From: Patescibacteria group bacterium | GTDB lineage: Bacteria > Patescibacteriota > Kazan-3B-28 > UBA10110 | NCBI GenBank assembly: GCA_041652335.1 | Contig: JBAZHL010000001.1 | Coordinates: 1 to 46,851 of the forward strand | DNA: 46,851 nucleotides | Direction of reading: 5' to 3' | Shown: positions 33,975-43,480 of the stretch, in pieces | Layout: the number at the start of each line of letters is the position of its first letter | How positions within the stretch are numbered: position 1 is the first letter of the stretch | Made by a program: the position numbers and the translations under genes | The notes under the pieces: generated by a model | Database searches by the model: none | What the model saw: only the letters and a program-made list of their open reading frames with translations | What the model was told of the DNA's origin: nothing

Positions 33975-36797
33975 CTATGTTAGATCCGTTTCATAGTAAA
34001 GGTCGGTGAGCGTGGGGCTGCCGCCAGTTTTTAAGATGTGAAGGTAAATATTGAGATAGACCTGGTTTACGAAGCTCCCCTTAACGACGTGGGCAGCGAA
34101 GCCCCCTGGGTGTCGACTAAAGCCAGCATAGAATTCCCCTAACGTTTTTGCGTTGCTACCTGCTGGAATCTGGTATCTCTCTGTACTGACTGTGTCGAGT
34201 ACCCTCGCCACATCTTCGCCGCTGCAGAGGATAACGCCACTCTTTGCGAATACCTCAATCGCCTGCTGGTTAATGGTCGATAGTGGTGAATGACTGACAA
34301 CGATCAATTTTTGGCCGCGATCTAACAGCGGTTGGTAGTGTTCCACAATATTTTGGGCAGTATCTTTGGTGATCGGTTTTAGATAGGCCTTAGAATCAAC
34401 CAGTAGGCTGACCGACTCGCCCGTGGCGTGATCGCGCAGATCGATAATAAAATCGGGGATAATATTCTCTTTTTGTTTGATGAGCCGGTTGAGGCCGGTA
34501 ACTGCCTTGACCCCATCGCCGTAGCGGTGGTCGATGTCAGCAAATCTGATCGAATACGTTAACTGATCTGGTAGCTCGCCGATACCCAATAATTTAGCCA
34601 GGCTGGTTTCGATCGCCAGTAATGTAAATGTCTCCCCCATTTTTCCAGTAACGTGTTTTAGCTCTCCCGAGATCTGGCTCATCGACTCGTAGTCTAACAG
34701 TTTACGGAGGCGTTGTTGCTCTGTTGGATCGGTAGTATAGCGGCTCAATAATGTTAGGGCATGGCTAAATAGGCGCTTGATCGCATACTGGGACGATTGA
34801 CCTTCCTGGGTGTTGATGTCGCGCCACAACACTCGTCCACGGTTGTAAAAATAGTTACCATCCACTTCCTGACCCTGAATGATTCTTGGCTCACGATCGC
34901 GGTGTAGGGCGTAGGTATTAGGCAGCATCCCCTCTTTATCGATTTGATCCACATATTCAACAAATAATCTGGCAAGCTCGTCACGATGCTCTCCGATTGT
35001 TGTTTCGGGGGGGAGGATATCAAATGCCCAAATTTTCTTTGGCCGCTGACAGCGGATAGCCAAATTAGGTGCTGGCTTGACCCATCGTTTAAATTTTTTT
35101 CCAACGCCAACATAATTTGGTTGGGGGGGTTGCATCCTGGGATGATAAAACAGTGTTGGCTCACTGACTAACAGTTCTCCCAACCAATGGGCGTCTGATC
35201 GGCGTGAAAAATAGTGAGGACGTAGCATCTCTTTCACCTTCCTCAGGGTAGCCACCCAGTCGGCGGTCGATATGTCTAATGCCTGAGGGTTGTCCCCCTT
35301 GGCTTGGCGATTGTATTCCGTCTCTAATGCCGACATAATAGCCTCGGCAGTACTGAGGCCAGCTGTAAATGATGGTCCATCGGGCAGTTCCTTATCAGTA
35401 GCAAAAAAGTAGACCAAATATGATAAATTTCGCAACTGCTGATCTCTACTTCGTTTGAGGACATAGTGTGCCACTTCTTTATTCGTCAGAATTGTCTTAG
35501 ATAGTCCCTCGGGGCCATGCTCGGTAAATATCCTTCGGAATATCGGATAGTACTGTGATTCAAATAATTTATATTTTTCCAATCGCCTTTCTGCATGGTC
35601 GTGCTTGGACAGATCCATTAATATATGAGCGAGGTAGCCATCCATGTGAACGTTGATACGCAAAGCCTTTGGGTATTTAATTTTGGATCCATTGCGCTGA
35701 CTCACTGACAGCTCACCCATACTGTCAAAGCTAAAATGAGGTTGCCAATGATGGCTAACCTTATATTCCCGATCAAGATTCTGTTTGATCCACTCAATAA
35801 AATGCCGACGCACCCATAACTTGTCTTCGGTAGGTACCTCGTCTACCAAATCGGTACAGTGGTTATAAAGGTAATGTTCTGGTGGCAGGTATTCTTCGCC
35901 ACTCAGGTTGCCGCTGATCAAGCCTGGCAATGTGCGATCTACTTTTCCCACCACGTTGCCCTGTCGATCCCGCTGGGTATAGTTGCCAGTTTTGCTACCA
36001 ATGTTCGCCTCAGCCAATAGATCCTCAGTAATCCGGATGTTGCCAGCCTGGTCATGTTCAACCTGGATCTTAGTAAAAGCCAGGTAGTTGGCGCCATAGA
36101 ATCCCCGCTCCTGGTTGATCGCCCGATCGTGGTCTTCGGGTGCTGGCTGGGGGTATTGGTAGTGAGCGATCTTCCTCTTGTTAAATCGGGTGATCTTATC
36201 TTTTGGCCCCCAGATTAAACTAACCGTCACGCGCTTGTCTGCGGCAATTGCCCGCTCGACCTGATCGCGGTCAGTGGCCGGTAGGTGATTGATGATAAAA
36301 CTTAGCTCTGTTTGTGGGTCATTAGGCTCCGGCCAATCAATCTTTCTCCCCTCGAAATAAGGTGGTAAAAAGTGTTTGCCGATTTTTGATGTGGAGCGAA
36401 AATGCTCCCAAAACAACCCTTCGTTACCAGGGAGTAAAAGCTCATCGCGGAATAAGGGCAGATTGTAGTCGGCCAGCGCCTGGTTAAACTCGCTCCTGGG
36501 TAAGACCACTACGCAGTTGTCGACGCTCTGGATATCTATCACTGTCCGCATGCGATGGCGGAACGGCTCACCGTTTAGGAACTCAGGCACCCCCGGCGCC
36601 CTGATTTCACTGACCGGCGTGGTGGGGGCAGTTTCCAAAGGATACAGTGCTTCGTAATCCGGTGTGAGCTCCTCATCGTCTAAATCGCGCGGCGGTCCCA
36701 GTTCGCCGATGTCATATTCGTCAGAGGGTGGTTGTTCAGACCTTCCGTTCATAGTTGGCAGGTGAAGTAACCATTTAGTGTAAACTGCTGGCTCCAT
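33975..36797 (-). CDS. Large uncharacterised protein with C-terminal PD-(D/E)xK (Mrr/restriction-endonuclease-like) domain
   Basis: Uninterrupted 940-codon ORF. Residues ~705-870 read GETFTLLAIETSLAKLLG...IPDFIIDL...SLLVDSKAYL...KLIVVSHSPLS..AIEVFAKSGVILCSGEDV, giving E722, D782/D786 and D801-S-K803. The N-terminal ~700 aa have no motif I recognise. The alternative start is M16. Confidence 0.6.
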   Translation of the reverse strand: MEPAVYTKWLLHLPTMNGRSEQPPSDEYDIGELGPPRDLDDEELTPDYEALYPLETAPTTPVSEIRAPGVPEFLNGEPFRHRMRTVIDIQSVDNCVVVLPRSEFNQALADYNLPLFRDELLLPGNEGLFWEHFRSTSKIGKHFLPPYFEGRKIDWPEPNDPQTELSFIINHLPATDRDQVERAIAADKRVTVSLIWGPKDKITRFNKRKIAHYQYPQPAPEDHDRAINQERGFYGANYLAFTKIQVEHDQAGNIRITEDLLAEANIGSKTGNYTQRDRQGNVVGKVDRTLPGLISGNLSGEEYLPPEHYLYNHCTDLVDEVPTEDKLWVRRHFIEWIKQNLDREYKVSHHWQPHFSFDSMGELSVSQRNGSKIKYPKALRINVHMDGYLAHILMDLSKHDHAERRLEKYKLFESQYYPIFRRIFTEHGPEGLSKTILTNKEVAHYVLKRSRDQQLRNLSYLVYFFATDKELPDGPSFTAGLSTAEAIMSALETEYNRQAKGDNPQALDISTADWVATLRKVKEMLRPHYFSRRSDAHWLGELLVSEPTLFYHPRMQPPQPNYVGVGKKFKRWVKPAPNLAIRCQRPKKIWAFDILPPETTIGEHRDELARLFVEYVDQIDKEGMLPNTYALHRDREPRIIQGQEVDGNYFYNRGRVLWRDINTQEGQSSQYAIKRLFSHALTLLSRYTTDPTEQQRLRKLLDYESMSQISGELKHVTGKMGETFTLLAIETSLAKLLGIGELPDQLTYSIRFADIDHRYGDGVKAVTGLNRLIKQKENIIPDFIIDLRDHATGESVSLLVDSKAYLKPITKDTAQNIVEHYQPLLDRGQKLIVVSHSPLSTINQQAIEVFAKSGVILCSGEDVARVLDTVSTERYQIPAGSNAKTLGEFYAGFSRHPGGFAAHVVKGSFVNQVYLNIYLHILKTGGSPTLTDLYYETDLT

Positions 36798-36818
36798 CCG
36801 TCAAACTGGCTCTCGGGG

Positions 36819-36847
36819 TTGACAGTCCCCCGGGGGTGTCGTATCGT
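36819..36847 (+). promoter_or_regulatory. Sigma70-like promoter candidate for nrnA (TTGACA-17 nt-TATCGT)
   Basis: ttgaca at 36819-36824, a 17-nt spacer containing the palindrome cccccggggg, and tatcgt at 36842-36847, with the ATG at 36867. The track ORF begins at this TTG, but I read that as the -35 box rather than a start codon. Confidence 0.3.
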
Positions 36848-36866
36848 TTACTATTCAAAGCACCAA

Positions 36867-38081
36867 ATGGAACTCACCCCAAAACAACAAGCCTTAGAGC
36901 TGATCAATAAATCCAAGCATATTCTGATCGCCCCCGGTCGAGCCGACGGCGATTCGATTGGTAGTGGGTTGGCACTCTATTTAGTCCTTTCTCGACTTGG
37001 CAAACAGGCCAGTTTAGTGGTGCTCGATCCCCTGCCGCCCAAGTTTAACTTTCTGCCCAATTTAGACGAGGTACAACATGAGTTTAACGGCCTGCGCGAT
37101 TTTGTAATTAGCTTGGATTGTACTTCGGCCTCCGCCGATAAGTTGGCCTACAACTTTCAGGACGAAAAATTGAACATTGTTATCACGCCTAAAGCTGGCG
37201 TCTTTAAATCGACCGATGTCAGTTTCTCCGAAGGCAATTTTCAGTACGATTGCTTGATCACTTTAGACGCTGCCGATTTAGAACAAGTTGGCTCGCTTTA
37301 TACGGACAACCCCAAGATATTTCAAAATGTACCGATCATTAACATCGATCATCATGCCAGCAACGACTACTACGGCGCGGTCAATTTAGTTGACCTAACC
37401 GCCACCTCCACGGCCGAGTTATTGGTCGGTTTGATCGAGGCGTTGGGCCCATCTTTGATCGATGCGGACGTAGCCACGGCTTTGTTGACCGGTATCATTA
37501 ACGACACCGGTAGCTTCCAGCATGCCAACACCACCCCAAAGTCCTTAACTATTGCCGCCCAGATGGTAGGTTTTGGCGCTCGCCATCAGGAGATTATCCA
37601 ATACCTATTCAAGACCAAAGCCTTTACGACCTTAAAGCTCTGGGGGCGAATCCTGACTAACGTCCAGCACGACCCCATTAGCCGACTGGTCTGGAGCTCG
37701 GCCTCCTTGTCCGATATCACCGAGACCGAGGCTACTGGGGAGCAGATCAGTGGGATTATTGACGAACTAATGACGAGCGTCCCAGAAGCTGATATAGTAG
37801 TTCTGTTGTCCGAGCGGGATCCTCAGGTGGTCTCGGGAAGCATTAGGACTAAAAAGGGAGTTGACGCTGCCGATATCGCCAAAATGTTTGGCGGTGGCGG
37901 TCACCATGGGGCCGCCGGCTTTAAGCTGTTAGATAGCGGTATTCCAGAGGCGGCAGCTACTGTGGTGGCCAAGATCAAGGAGTATCAAGCCAAGCGGCTA
38001 TCTGGGGCTACCCAGATCCCGGAAGAATCAGGAAATAATGGCTTGGAGCCTGCGATTCCCGACCTTGCCAAAAATGAGTAA
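36867..38081 (+). CDS. nrnA: DHH/DHHA1 phosphoesterase (NrnA-like oligoribonuclease/pAp phosphatase)
   Basis: GRADGDSIGSGLAL, INIDHHASN (DHH), INDTGSF, and FGGGGHHGAAGF (DHHA1 GGGH). Confidence 0.85.
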   Translation: MELTPKQQALELINKSKHILIAPGRADGDSIGSGLALYLVLSRLGKQASLVVLDPLPPKFNFLPNLDEVQHEFNGLRDFVISLDCTSASADKLAYNFQDEKLNIVITPKAGVFKSTDVSFSEGNFQYDCLITLDAADLEQVGSLYTDNPKIFQNVPIINIDHHASNDYYGAVNLVDLTATSTAELLVGLIEALGPSLIDADVATALLTGIINDTGSFQHANTTPKSLTIAAQMVGFGARHQEIIQYLFKTKAFTTLKLWGRILTNVQHDPISRLVWSSASLSDITETEATGEQISGIIDELMTSVPEADIVVLLSERDPQVVSGSIRTKKGVDAADIAKMFGGGGHHGAAGFKLLDSGIPEAAATVVAKIKEYQAKRLSGATQIPEESGNNGLEPAIPDLAKNE

Positions 38082-38104
38082 AAATGATATAATAAAGCAA
38101 AGAT

Positions 38105-38374
38105 ATGACACTCGCAACTACTAAAAAGAAGAAGATCATTGGCACCTACCAGGCGCATGTAAAGGATACTGGATCGGCTGAGGTTCAGGTGGCTTTGTTA
38201 ACAGAGAAGGTTAAAGAACTTACCCGGCACCTTAAGGTCCACCAAAAGGACTTTCATTCTCGCCAGGGTCTGTTTAAAATAGTGGGCAACCGCAGAAGGT
38301 TGCTTAACTACATCAAGACTAAGCACCCTAAAAAATATTCAGCTTTAATTGATAAGTTAAAAATCCGAAAGTAA
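38105..38374 (+). CDS. rpsO: 30S ribosomal protein S15
   Basis: 89 aa; DTGSAEVQVALLTEKVKELTRHLK.H.KD.HSRQGL is the canonical S15 sequence. Confidence 0.95.
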   Translation: MTLATTKKKKIIGTYQAHVKDTGSAEVQVALLTEKVKELTRHLKVHQKDFHSRQGLFKIVGNRRRLLNYIKTKHPKKYSALIDKLKIRK

Positions 38375-38507
38375 GGGCTGGGTGGGTTAAGAGAACCAGC
38401 ATAGAGCATAGAGCTCAGCGAATCTTTTTGTCAGGTTCGTTCGGTCCTACGCTTTATGTGCTGTCTCTTTCCTCCCATTTGCCCGGTTGCTTAGGATAGG
38501 AAGGAAC

Positions 38508-40616
38508 ATGATGGAAAAATTTGAGACGACGCTTGGAGATTCCAAGCTAATGATGGAGACCGGCAAACTTGCTCGGTTAGCTTCTGGTTCGGTCACGGTT
38601 CGTTTGGGCGATACAGTAGTTTTGGCTACCGCCGCGATCGCCGATAAGCCGCGGGAGGGAATCGATTTCTTCCCCTTGTTAGTCGATTTTGAAGAGAAGA
38701 TGTACGCCTCCGGCAAGATCTCCGGCAGCCGGTTTATTAAGCGTGAGGGCAGAGCTTCCGAGAACGCTATTCTCACCTGCCGCCTGACCGATCGTCCTCT
38801 GCGCCCCCTCTTCCCTAAGGGCTTCTATAATGATGTTCAGGTGGTAGTTACTGTGTTATCGGCTGATTTAGTTCACGATCCGGAAATACTTTCGATCATC
38901 GCTGCGTCAGCAGCATTGATGCTCTCGGGCGCTCCGTTCGAAGGACCGGTTGGCGCCGTTCGAGTAGGGCTGATCAATGGCGAGTTTGTAACCAATCCGT
39001 CTTACGAGCAGTTAGAAAACGAGAGTCAGCTCGATTTAGTGGTGGCTGGTACCAAAGATCGGGTAATGATGATCGAGGCTGGTGCCAACGAAGTTGACGA
39101 AGCCACTATGTTAAAGGCGATCAAGTTTGCTCATCAAGCGATGCAACCCAGTATTGATCTGCAACATCAACTGATCGCCGGTCGTGCGATCACCGAGAAA
39201 AAGAACTATCCCCTACATCTGCCGGACGACCAGTTGATCTCCAAGATCTCTGAATTCGTTGGTGGCAAGGCCGCCGAGGCGATCTATCATCCCGAAAAGA
39301 CCGAGCGCAATGCTCGTTTAGAAGAGTTGCGGTCACAGGTCTGGCAGACCTTTGTGTCCGAAGAGGCGCCCGAGGCGACCGTGGCCGAAGTCTTTTCGAA
39401 GATTGTATCCAAAGAGTTCCGCAAGAATCTGTTAGAAAAAGATCAACGGCCAGATGGTCGTAAATTAGACGAAGTCCGTCCGATCACTTGCGAAGTAAGC
39501 GTACTCCCCCGCCCTCATGGATCGGCTCTGTTTACTCGTGGCGAAACCCAGGCTCTCACTATTGTAACTTTGGGTTCGGCGGGCGACGAACAGATGATAG
39601 ACACAATGGAGCTTGATACCACCAAACGGTATATGCATCACTACAACTTCCCCCCGTTTGCTGTCGGTGAAATTAAACCGATGCGAGGTCCAGGTCGGCG
39701 TGAGATCGGCCACGGTGCGTTGGCTGAGAGAGCATTGCTCCCCATGATCCCGCCCAAAGATAGTTTCCCGTACACTATTCGCGTGGTGTCCGAGATCCTC
39801 TCCAGTAATGGGAGCAGCTCTATGGCATCGGTCTGTGGCAGCACCCTGTCTTTGATGGATGCTGGCGTACCGATCAAAAAACCGGTATCCGGTATAGCCA
39901 TGGGTGTGGTCACCGACGAATCTGGCAAGTTTAAGATCTTAACCGATATTGCTGGTATCGAAGATTTTAACGGTGATATGGACTTTAAGGTGGCCGGCAC
40001 TCGTGATGGTATCACTGCCATGCAATTAGATATGAAGGTAAAGGGCCTCGGCTTTGAGGTGTTTGAGCAGGCCTTTGCTCAAGCCTACAAGGGTCGGATG
40101 CACATCTTGGAAATTATGCAGCAGTGTTTGGCTGAGCCTAAAAAGGAGCTATCAATGTATGCCCCGCGGGTGACGGTGATCAAAATTCATCCCGACAAGA
40201 TCCGCGAAGTGATCGGCCCGGGCGGCAAGATGATCAACGATATGATCAGCCGTGCCGGCGGTAAGGCGGTTACCGAGATCAACATTGAAGACGATGGCAC
40301 TGTGTATGTGTCGTCGACCAATGCCAAATATGCTACCCAAGTGGTAGATGAGATCAAAAATATGACCCGTGAAGTGGAAGTGGGTGAGAAGTTTACTGGT
40401 AAGGTCACCCGGATTATGGATTTTGGCGCCTTTGTCGAGATCTTCCCTGGCACCGAAGGTTTGGTGCACATCTCGCAGTTAGCCAAAGAGCGGGTCAATA
40501 AAGTAACTGATATAGTAAAGGTAGGCGATACCTTGCCGGTGGTAGTTGTGGAGATCGATTCGATGGGACGCATCAATCTCTCCCATAAGGCTACCCTGCC
40601 GAACGACGGCCGTTAA
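38508..40616 (+). CDS. pnp: Polyribonucleotide nucleotidyltransferase (PNPase)
   Basis: Two RNase PH domains, KH (IREVIGPGGKMIN) and S1 (GKVTRIMDFGAFVEIFPGTEGLVHISQLA). The start is set at the ATG preceded by GGAAGGA. Confidence 0.95.
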   Translation: MMEKFETTLGDSKLMMETGKLARLASGSVTVRLGDTVVLATAAIADKPREGIDFFPLLVDFEEKMYASGKISGSRFIKREGRASENAILTCRLTDRPLRPLFPKGFYNDVQVVVTVLSADLVHDPEILSIIAASAALMLSGAPFEGPVGAVRVGLINGEFVTNPSYEQLENESQLDLVVAGTKDRVMMIEAGANEVDEATMLKAIKFAHQAMQPSIDLQHQLIAGRAITEKKNYPLHLPDDQLISKISEFVGGKAAEAIYHPEKTERNARLEELRSQVWQTFVSEEAPEATVAEVFSKIVSKEFRKNLLEKDQRPDGRKLDEVRPITCEVSVLPRPHGSALFTRGETQALTIVTLGSAGDEQMIDTMELDTTKRYMHHYNFPPFAVGEIKPMRGPGRREIGHGALAERALLPMIPPKDSFPYTIRVVSEILSSNGSSSMASVCGSTLSLMDAGVPIKKPVSGIAMGVVTDESGKFKILTDIAGIEDFNGDMDFKVAGTRDGITAMQLDMKVKGLGFEVFEQAFAQAYKGRMHILEIMQQCLAEPKKELSMYAPRVTVIKIHPDKIREVIGPGGKMINDMISRAGGKAVTEINIEDDGTVYVSSTNAKYATQVVDEIKNMTREVEVGEKFTGKVTRIMDFGAFVEIFPGTEGLVHISQLAKERVNKVTDIVKVGDTLPVVVVEIDSMGRINLSHKATLPNDGR

Positions 40617-40641
40617 AGCCAATAAGTACTCTGTGGCATCT

Positions 40642-40974
40642 ATGAAATGTGCTGAATGTGGTCATCGGAATCGCGTAGAAGATAACTTTTGTATGATCTG
40701 CGCGAGCCCGCTGACTCCAACTCCGTCCTCCAAAAATCGGGTGGCTCTCCCCCCGCAGAATATTTTAGACGGTCTCGAAGGTCGGATGGTGATGCGCACG
40801 ACCAAACCCACAACTGCCGCTCCGTCGTGGGCTTGGTGGGTAACCGCCCTGACCCTTGTGGCGATCGTTACCTCCATCTACTTGCTGTATTTTGTTGATA
40901 CCTATCAAGTTGAGGCAATCAACTACTCCCCCACATCTAATGACCAAACAGGAAGTCTTAGCTCAGATCTCTAA
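40642..40974 (+). CDS. Zinc-ribbon membrane protein
   Basis: MKCAECGHRNRVEDNFCMICASPL (CxxC-x10-CxxC) and a single TM segment (WAWWVTALTLVAIVTSIYLLYFV). The start is set at the internal ATG. Confidence 0.6.
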   Translation: MKCAECGHRNRVEDNFCMICASPLTPTPSSKNRVALPPQNILDGLEGRMVMRTTKPTTAAPSWAWWVTALTLVAIVTSIYLLYFVDTYQVEAINYSPTSNDQTGSLSSDL

Positions 40975-41563
40975 AGACATTAGAGAACACACTTGTTCTC
41001 TCCGCGCCGGATGTATCCAAGCTGTGCCAGGTGATGGTGACCCAGAAGCCGAAGTAGTTTTTATTGGCGAGGGACCCGGCAAAGTGGAAGATGAACAAGG
41101 GAGACCATTTGTTGGCCCTGCCGGCAAGGTGTTAGAAGGCCTGCTGAATAACATCGGCCTGCGACGCTCGGATATCTATATTACCAATGTAGTTAAGTGT
41201 CGGCCGCCCGAAAATCGTGACCCCAGTCCGTCCGAGGTTGCCGAACATGCCGAGTTTTTAAAGCGTGAGCTCGAACTAATTAAGCCAAAACTGATCGTAT
41301 TATTGGGTCGCCACGCTCTCCATTGGTTTATGCCCAACGAGCAGATCGGAAAGGTTAGAGGGAGAGCCAAAAGGCAGGGTGATAAAGTCTTTTTCCCGAT
41401 CTATCATCCAGCCGCGGTACTCCACAATCCTCCACTAATGAAGGATCTGCAAGAGGACTTTGCCAAGATCCCTATTCTGCTTAAAAAGGTTGATGAGTTG
41501 CCGCCGGTGGCGGACAAATCACAGCCCAACATCACTCAATCCAGTTTGTTTGAAATCAAATAA
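40940..41563 (+). CDS. Uracil-DNA glycosylase, family 4
   Basis: VVFIGEGPGKVEDEQGRPFVGPAGKVL and YITNVVKCRPPENRDP, followed by the HPAAVL motif. The start is set at the ATG giving MTKQEVL; it overlaps the preceding gene by 35 nt. Confidence 0.85.
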   Translation: MTKQEVLAQISKDIREHTCSLRAGCIQAVPGDGDPEAEVVFIGEGPGKVEDEQGRPFVGPAGKVLEGLLNNIGLRRSDIYITNVVKCRPPENRDPSPSEVAEHAEFLKRELELIKPKLIVLLGRHALHWFMPNEQIGKVRGRAKRQGDKVFFPIYHPAAVLHNPPLMKDLQEDFAKIPILLKKVDELPPVADKSQPNITQSSLFEIK

Positions 41564-41577
41564 TCTAAATTAGGTAA

Positions 41578-43362
41578 ATGAAAAATATGAAAAATGTTCG
41601 TGGACAAAAAATCCAACGTAGTGGCAAGGATCGTGGGCGCGCCCCTCAACGTCACAAAAAATATACTCCTCCTCGTCGTGGGGTTAGTCCCCAACCGGCA
41701 GCCAAGCGGGCATTAAAAGTAATGCCACTGGGCGGCTTTGGTGAGATCGGTAAAAATATGACCTTGCTCGAATACGGCGACGATCTGATCGCCATTGATT
41801 GCGGCATGATGTTTCCTGACGAGACGATGTTAGGGATCGATTACGTTATCCCAGATGCTACCTACCTGCGTAAGAATCGAGCTAAATTTCGGGGTATTAT
41901 CATTACCCACGGGCACGAGGACCACATTGGGGCGATCCCCCACATCGTGCCGGAGTTAAGTGTGCCGGTGTATGCCAGCCCATTGGCTAAAGCTCTGATC
42001 GAGACCCGCTTGGGCGAATATAAAGGCACCAAGCACGTCAAGATTAATACCTACCAACCCGAAGACGAGATTCGCCTGGGTGTGTTTAAGATCAGGTTCT
42101 TCAGGGTCAACCACAGTATTCCAGATAGTTTTGGCATCATTATTGATACGCCGGAAGGCGTGGTGGTGCACACCGGCGATTTTAAGATCGACCTCACCTC
42201 GCCGGATGGACTGGTTATCGATCTGCCCAAATTGGCCGAGGTCGGTCGTCGTAAGCCATTACTGTTGTTATCCGAAAGCACTAACGCCGAGACTCCTGGC
42301 TACACCATCTCTGAGAAAGCTATCGGCGCCAGTTTCGACGAGATCTTTGCCAAAGCCACTGGCCGTATTATCATCGCTTCATTTGCTTCGAGGATCGATC
42401 GAATGCAACACGCGCTTAACTCGGCAGTTAAGTTTGGCCGCAGGGTAACCATCTCTGGTCGATCAATGATCCAGTACTTTGAAGCCGCTTCAAAGCTGGG
42501 TTACATTAAATACCCGCGAGAGATTATGGTGCCGCTTAAAGAGATTGGTCACATCCCCGATTCTAAATTGGTGGTCTTAAGCACTGGTAGCCAGGGGCAA
42601 CAAGGATCCTCATTAGCCCGGATGGCTTTTAGGGAACACTCGCAGGTAAAGATCAAACCGGGTGATACCGTGGTGCTCTCATCCTCCCCTATCCCGGGCA
42701 ACGAGCGGTCTATCTCTGCCATCATCAACAATCTTTGTCGTGAAGGTGCCGAGGTGATCCATAACAAAAATATGCAGATCCATATTACCGGCCATGCCTT
42801 CCAGGAAGAGCTCAAGACCGTCCTTAATTTGGTCAAACCGCGTTACTTCATTCCTATCCACGGCGAGTATCATATGCGGGTTGCCCACAAGAAATTGGCT
42901 CGCGGGATAGGCCTGTCAGAAGATAGCATCTTCTTGCTGGAGAACGGCGATATTATGGAGTTTCACGAAGGTAAAGCTCGCAAGCTTAAGGATACTATTC
43001 CGGCCGGTATTGTGATGGTGGACGGCTTAGGCGTGGGTGACGTTGGCGAGATCGTACTTCGCGATCGGCAAGCTATGGCCGAGGAAGGGATGTTTGTCAT
43101 TATCGCTACTATCGAACGCAAGAGCGGCAGATTAGTAAACAACCCCGATCTGATCTCGCGGGGCTTCGTCTATATGCGCGAACAAGAGGAGTTGATTAAT
43201 CGCACTCGCATTGAAGTAAAACAGATCATTGCGCGGCATAGCGGTAAAGCACCGGAGGACTGGAGCAACGTCAGGTCACAGATTCGAGAAGAGATTGGCA
43301 GCTTCTTATATAAAGAAACTCAGCGTCGACCGCTGATCATTCCAGTCATCATCGAAGTCTAA
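41578..43362 (+). CDS. rnj: Ribonuclease J (metallo-beta-lactamase / beta-CASP)
   Basis: GGFGEIGKNMTLLEY, IITHGHEDHIGAIP (HxHxDH), HTGDFK and GHAFQEEL. It has a basic N-terminal extension. Confidence 0.9.
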   Translation: MKNMKNVRGQKIQRSGKDRGRAPQRHKKYTPPRRGVSPQPAAKRALKVMPLGGFGEIGKNMTLLEYGDDLIAIDCGMMFPDETMLGIDYVIPDATYLRKNRAKFRGIIITHGHEDHIGAIPHIVPELSVPVYASPLAKALIETRLGEYKGTKHVKINTYQPEDEIRLGVFKIRFFRVNHSIPDSFGIIIDTPEGVVVHTGDFKIDLTSPDGLVIDLPKLAEVGRRKPLLLLSESTNAETPGYTISEKAIGASFDEIFAKATGRIIIASFASRIDRMQHALNSAVKFGRRVTISGRSMIQYFEAASKLGYIKYPREIMVPLKEIGHIPDSKLVVLSTGSQGQQGSSLARMAFREHSQVKIKPGDTVVLSSSPIPGNERSISAIINNLCREGAEVIHNKNMQIHITGHAFQEELKTVLNLVKPRYFIPIHGEYHMRVAHKKLARGIGLSEDSIFLLENGDIMEFHEGKARKLKDTIPAGIVMVDGLGVGDVGEIVLRDRQAMAEEGMFVIIATIERKSGRLVNNPDLISRGFVYMREQEELINRTRIEVKQIIARHSGKAPEDWSNVRSQIREEIGSFLYKETQRRPLIIPVIIEV

Positions 43363-43369
43363 CCCCAAC

Positions 43370-43410
43370 GTCATTGTGAGGCTCCAGCTCTGGCCAGAGC
43401 TGGGGTGAGC
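43370..43410. repeat. GTCATTGTGAG-type repeat unit containing a 20-nt perfect palindrome; possible bidirectional terminator
   Basis: gtcattgtgag is followed by ccagctctggccagagctgg (43384-43403). It lies between convergent rnj and the 751-aa gene. Confidence 0.55.
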
Positions 43411-43480
43411 GTTTCAGGTTCCCTTCCCCAAGTTACGGTAGCAATATCGCCCGACCACAGTTCGCCCCTAAGCCACGTTT

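Noticed and set aside
34630-34660. GELKHVTGKMGET in the 940-aa protein as a possible Walker A
   Set aside because: The spacing G-x5-GKM does not fit GxxxxGK[ST], and there is no Walker B partner. I read it as part of the nuclease-domain N-terminal helix.
34754-35171. 136-aa alternative-frame ORF and a 61-aa antisense ORF inside the 940-aa gene
   Set aside because: They are nested within a much longer uninterrupted frame. There is no evidence of a frameshift or of a separate gene.
36819-36866. TTG-initiated N-terminal extension of the DHH phosphoesterase
   Set aside because: The TTG is part of a TTGACA hexamer with a TATCGT 17 nt downstream, so it looks like a promoter. The ATG at 36867 gives a normal NrnA-type N-terminus.
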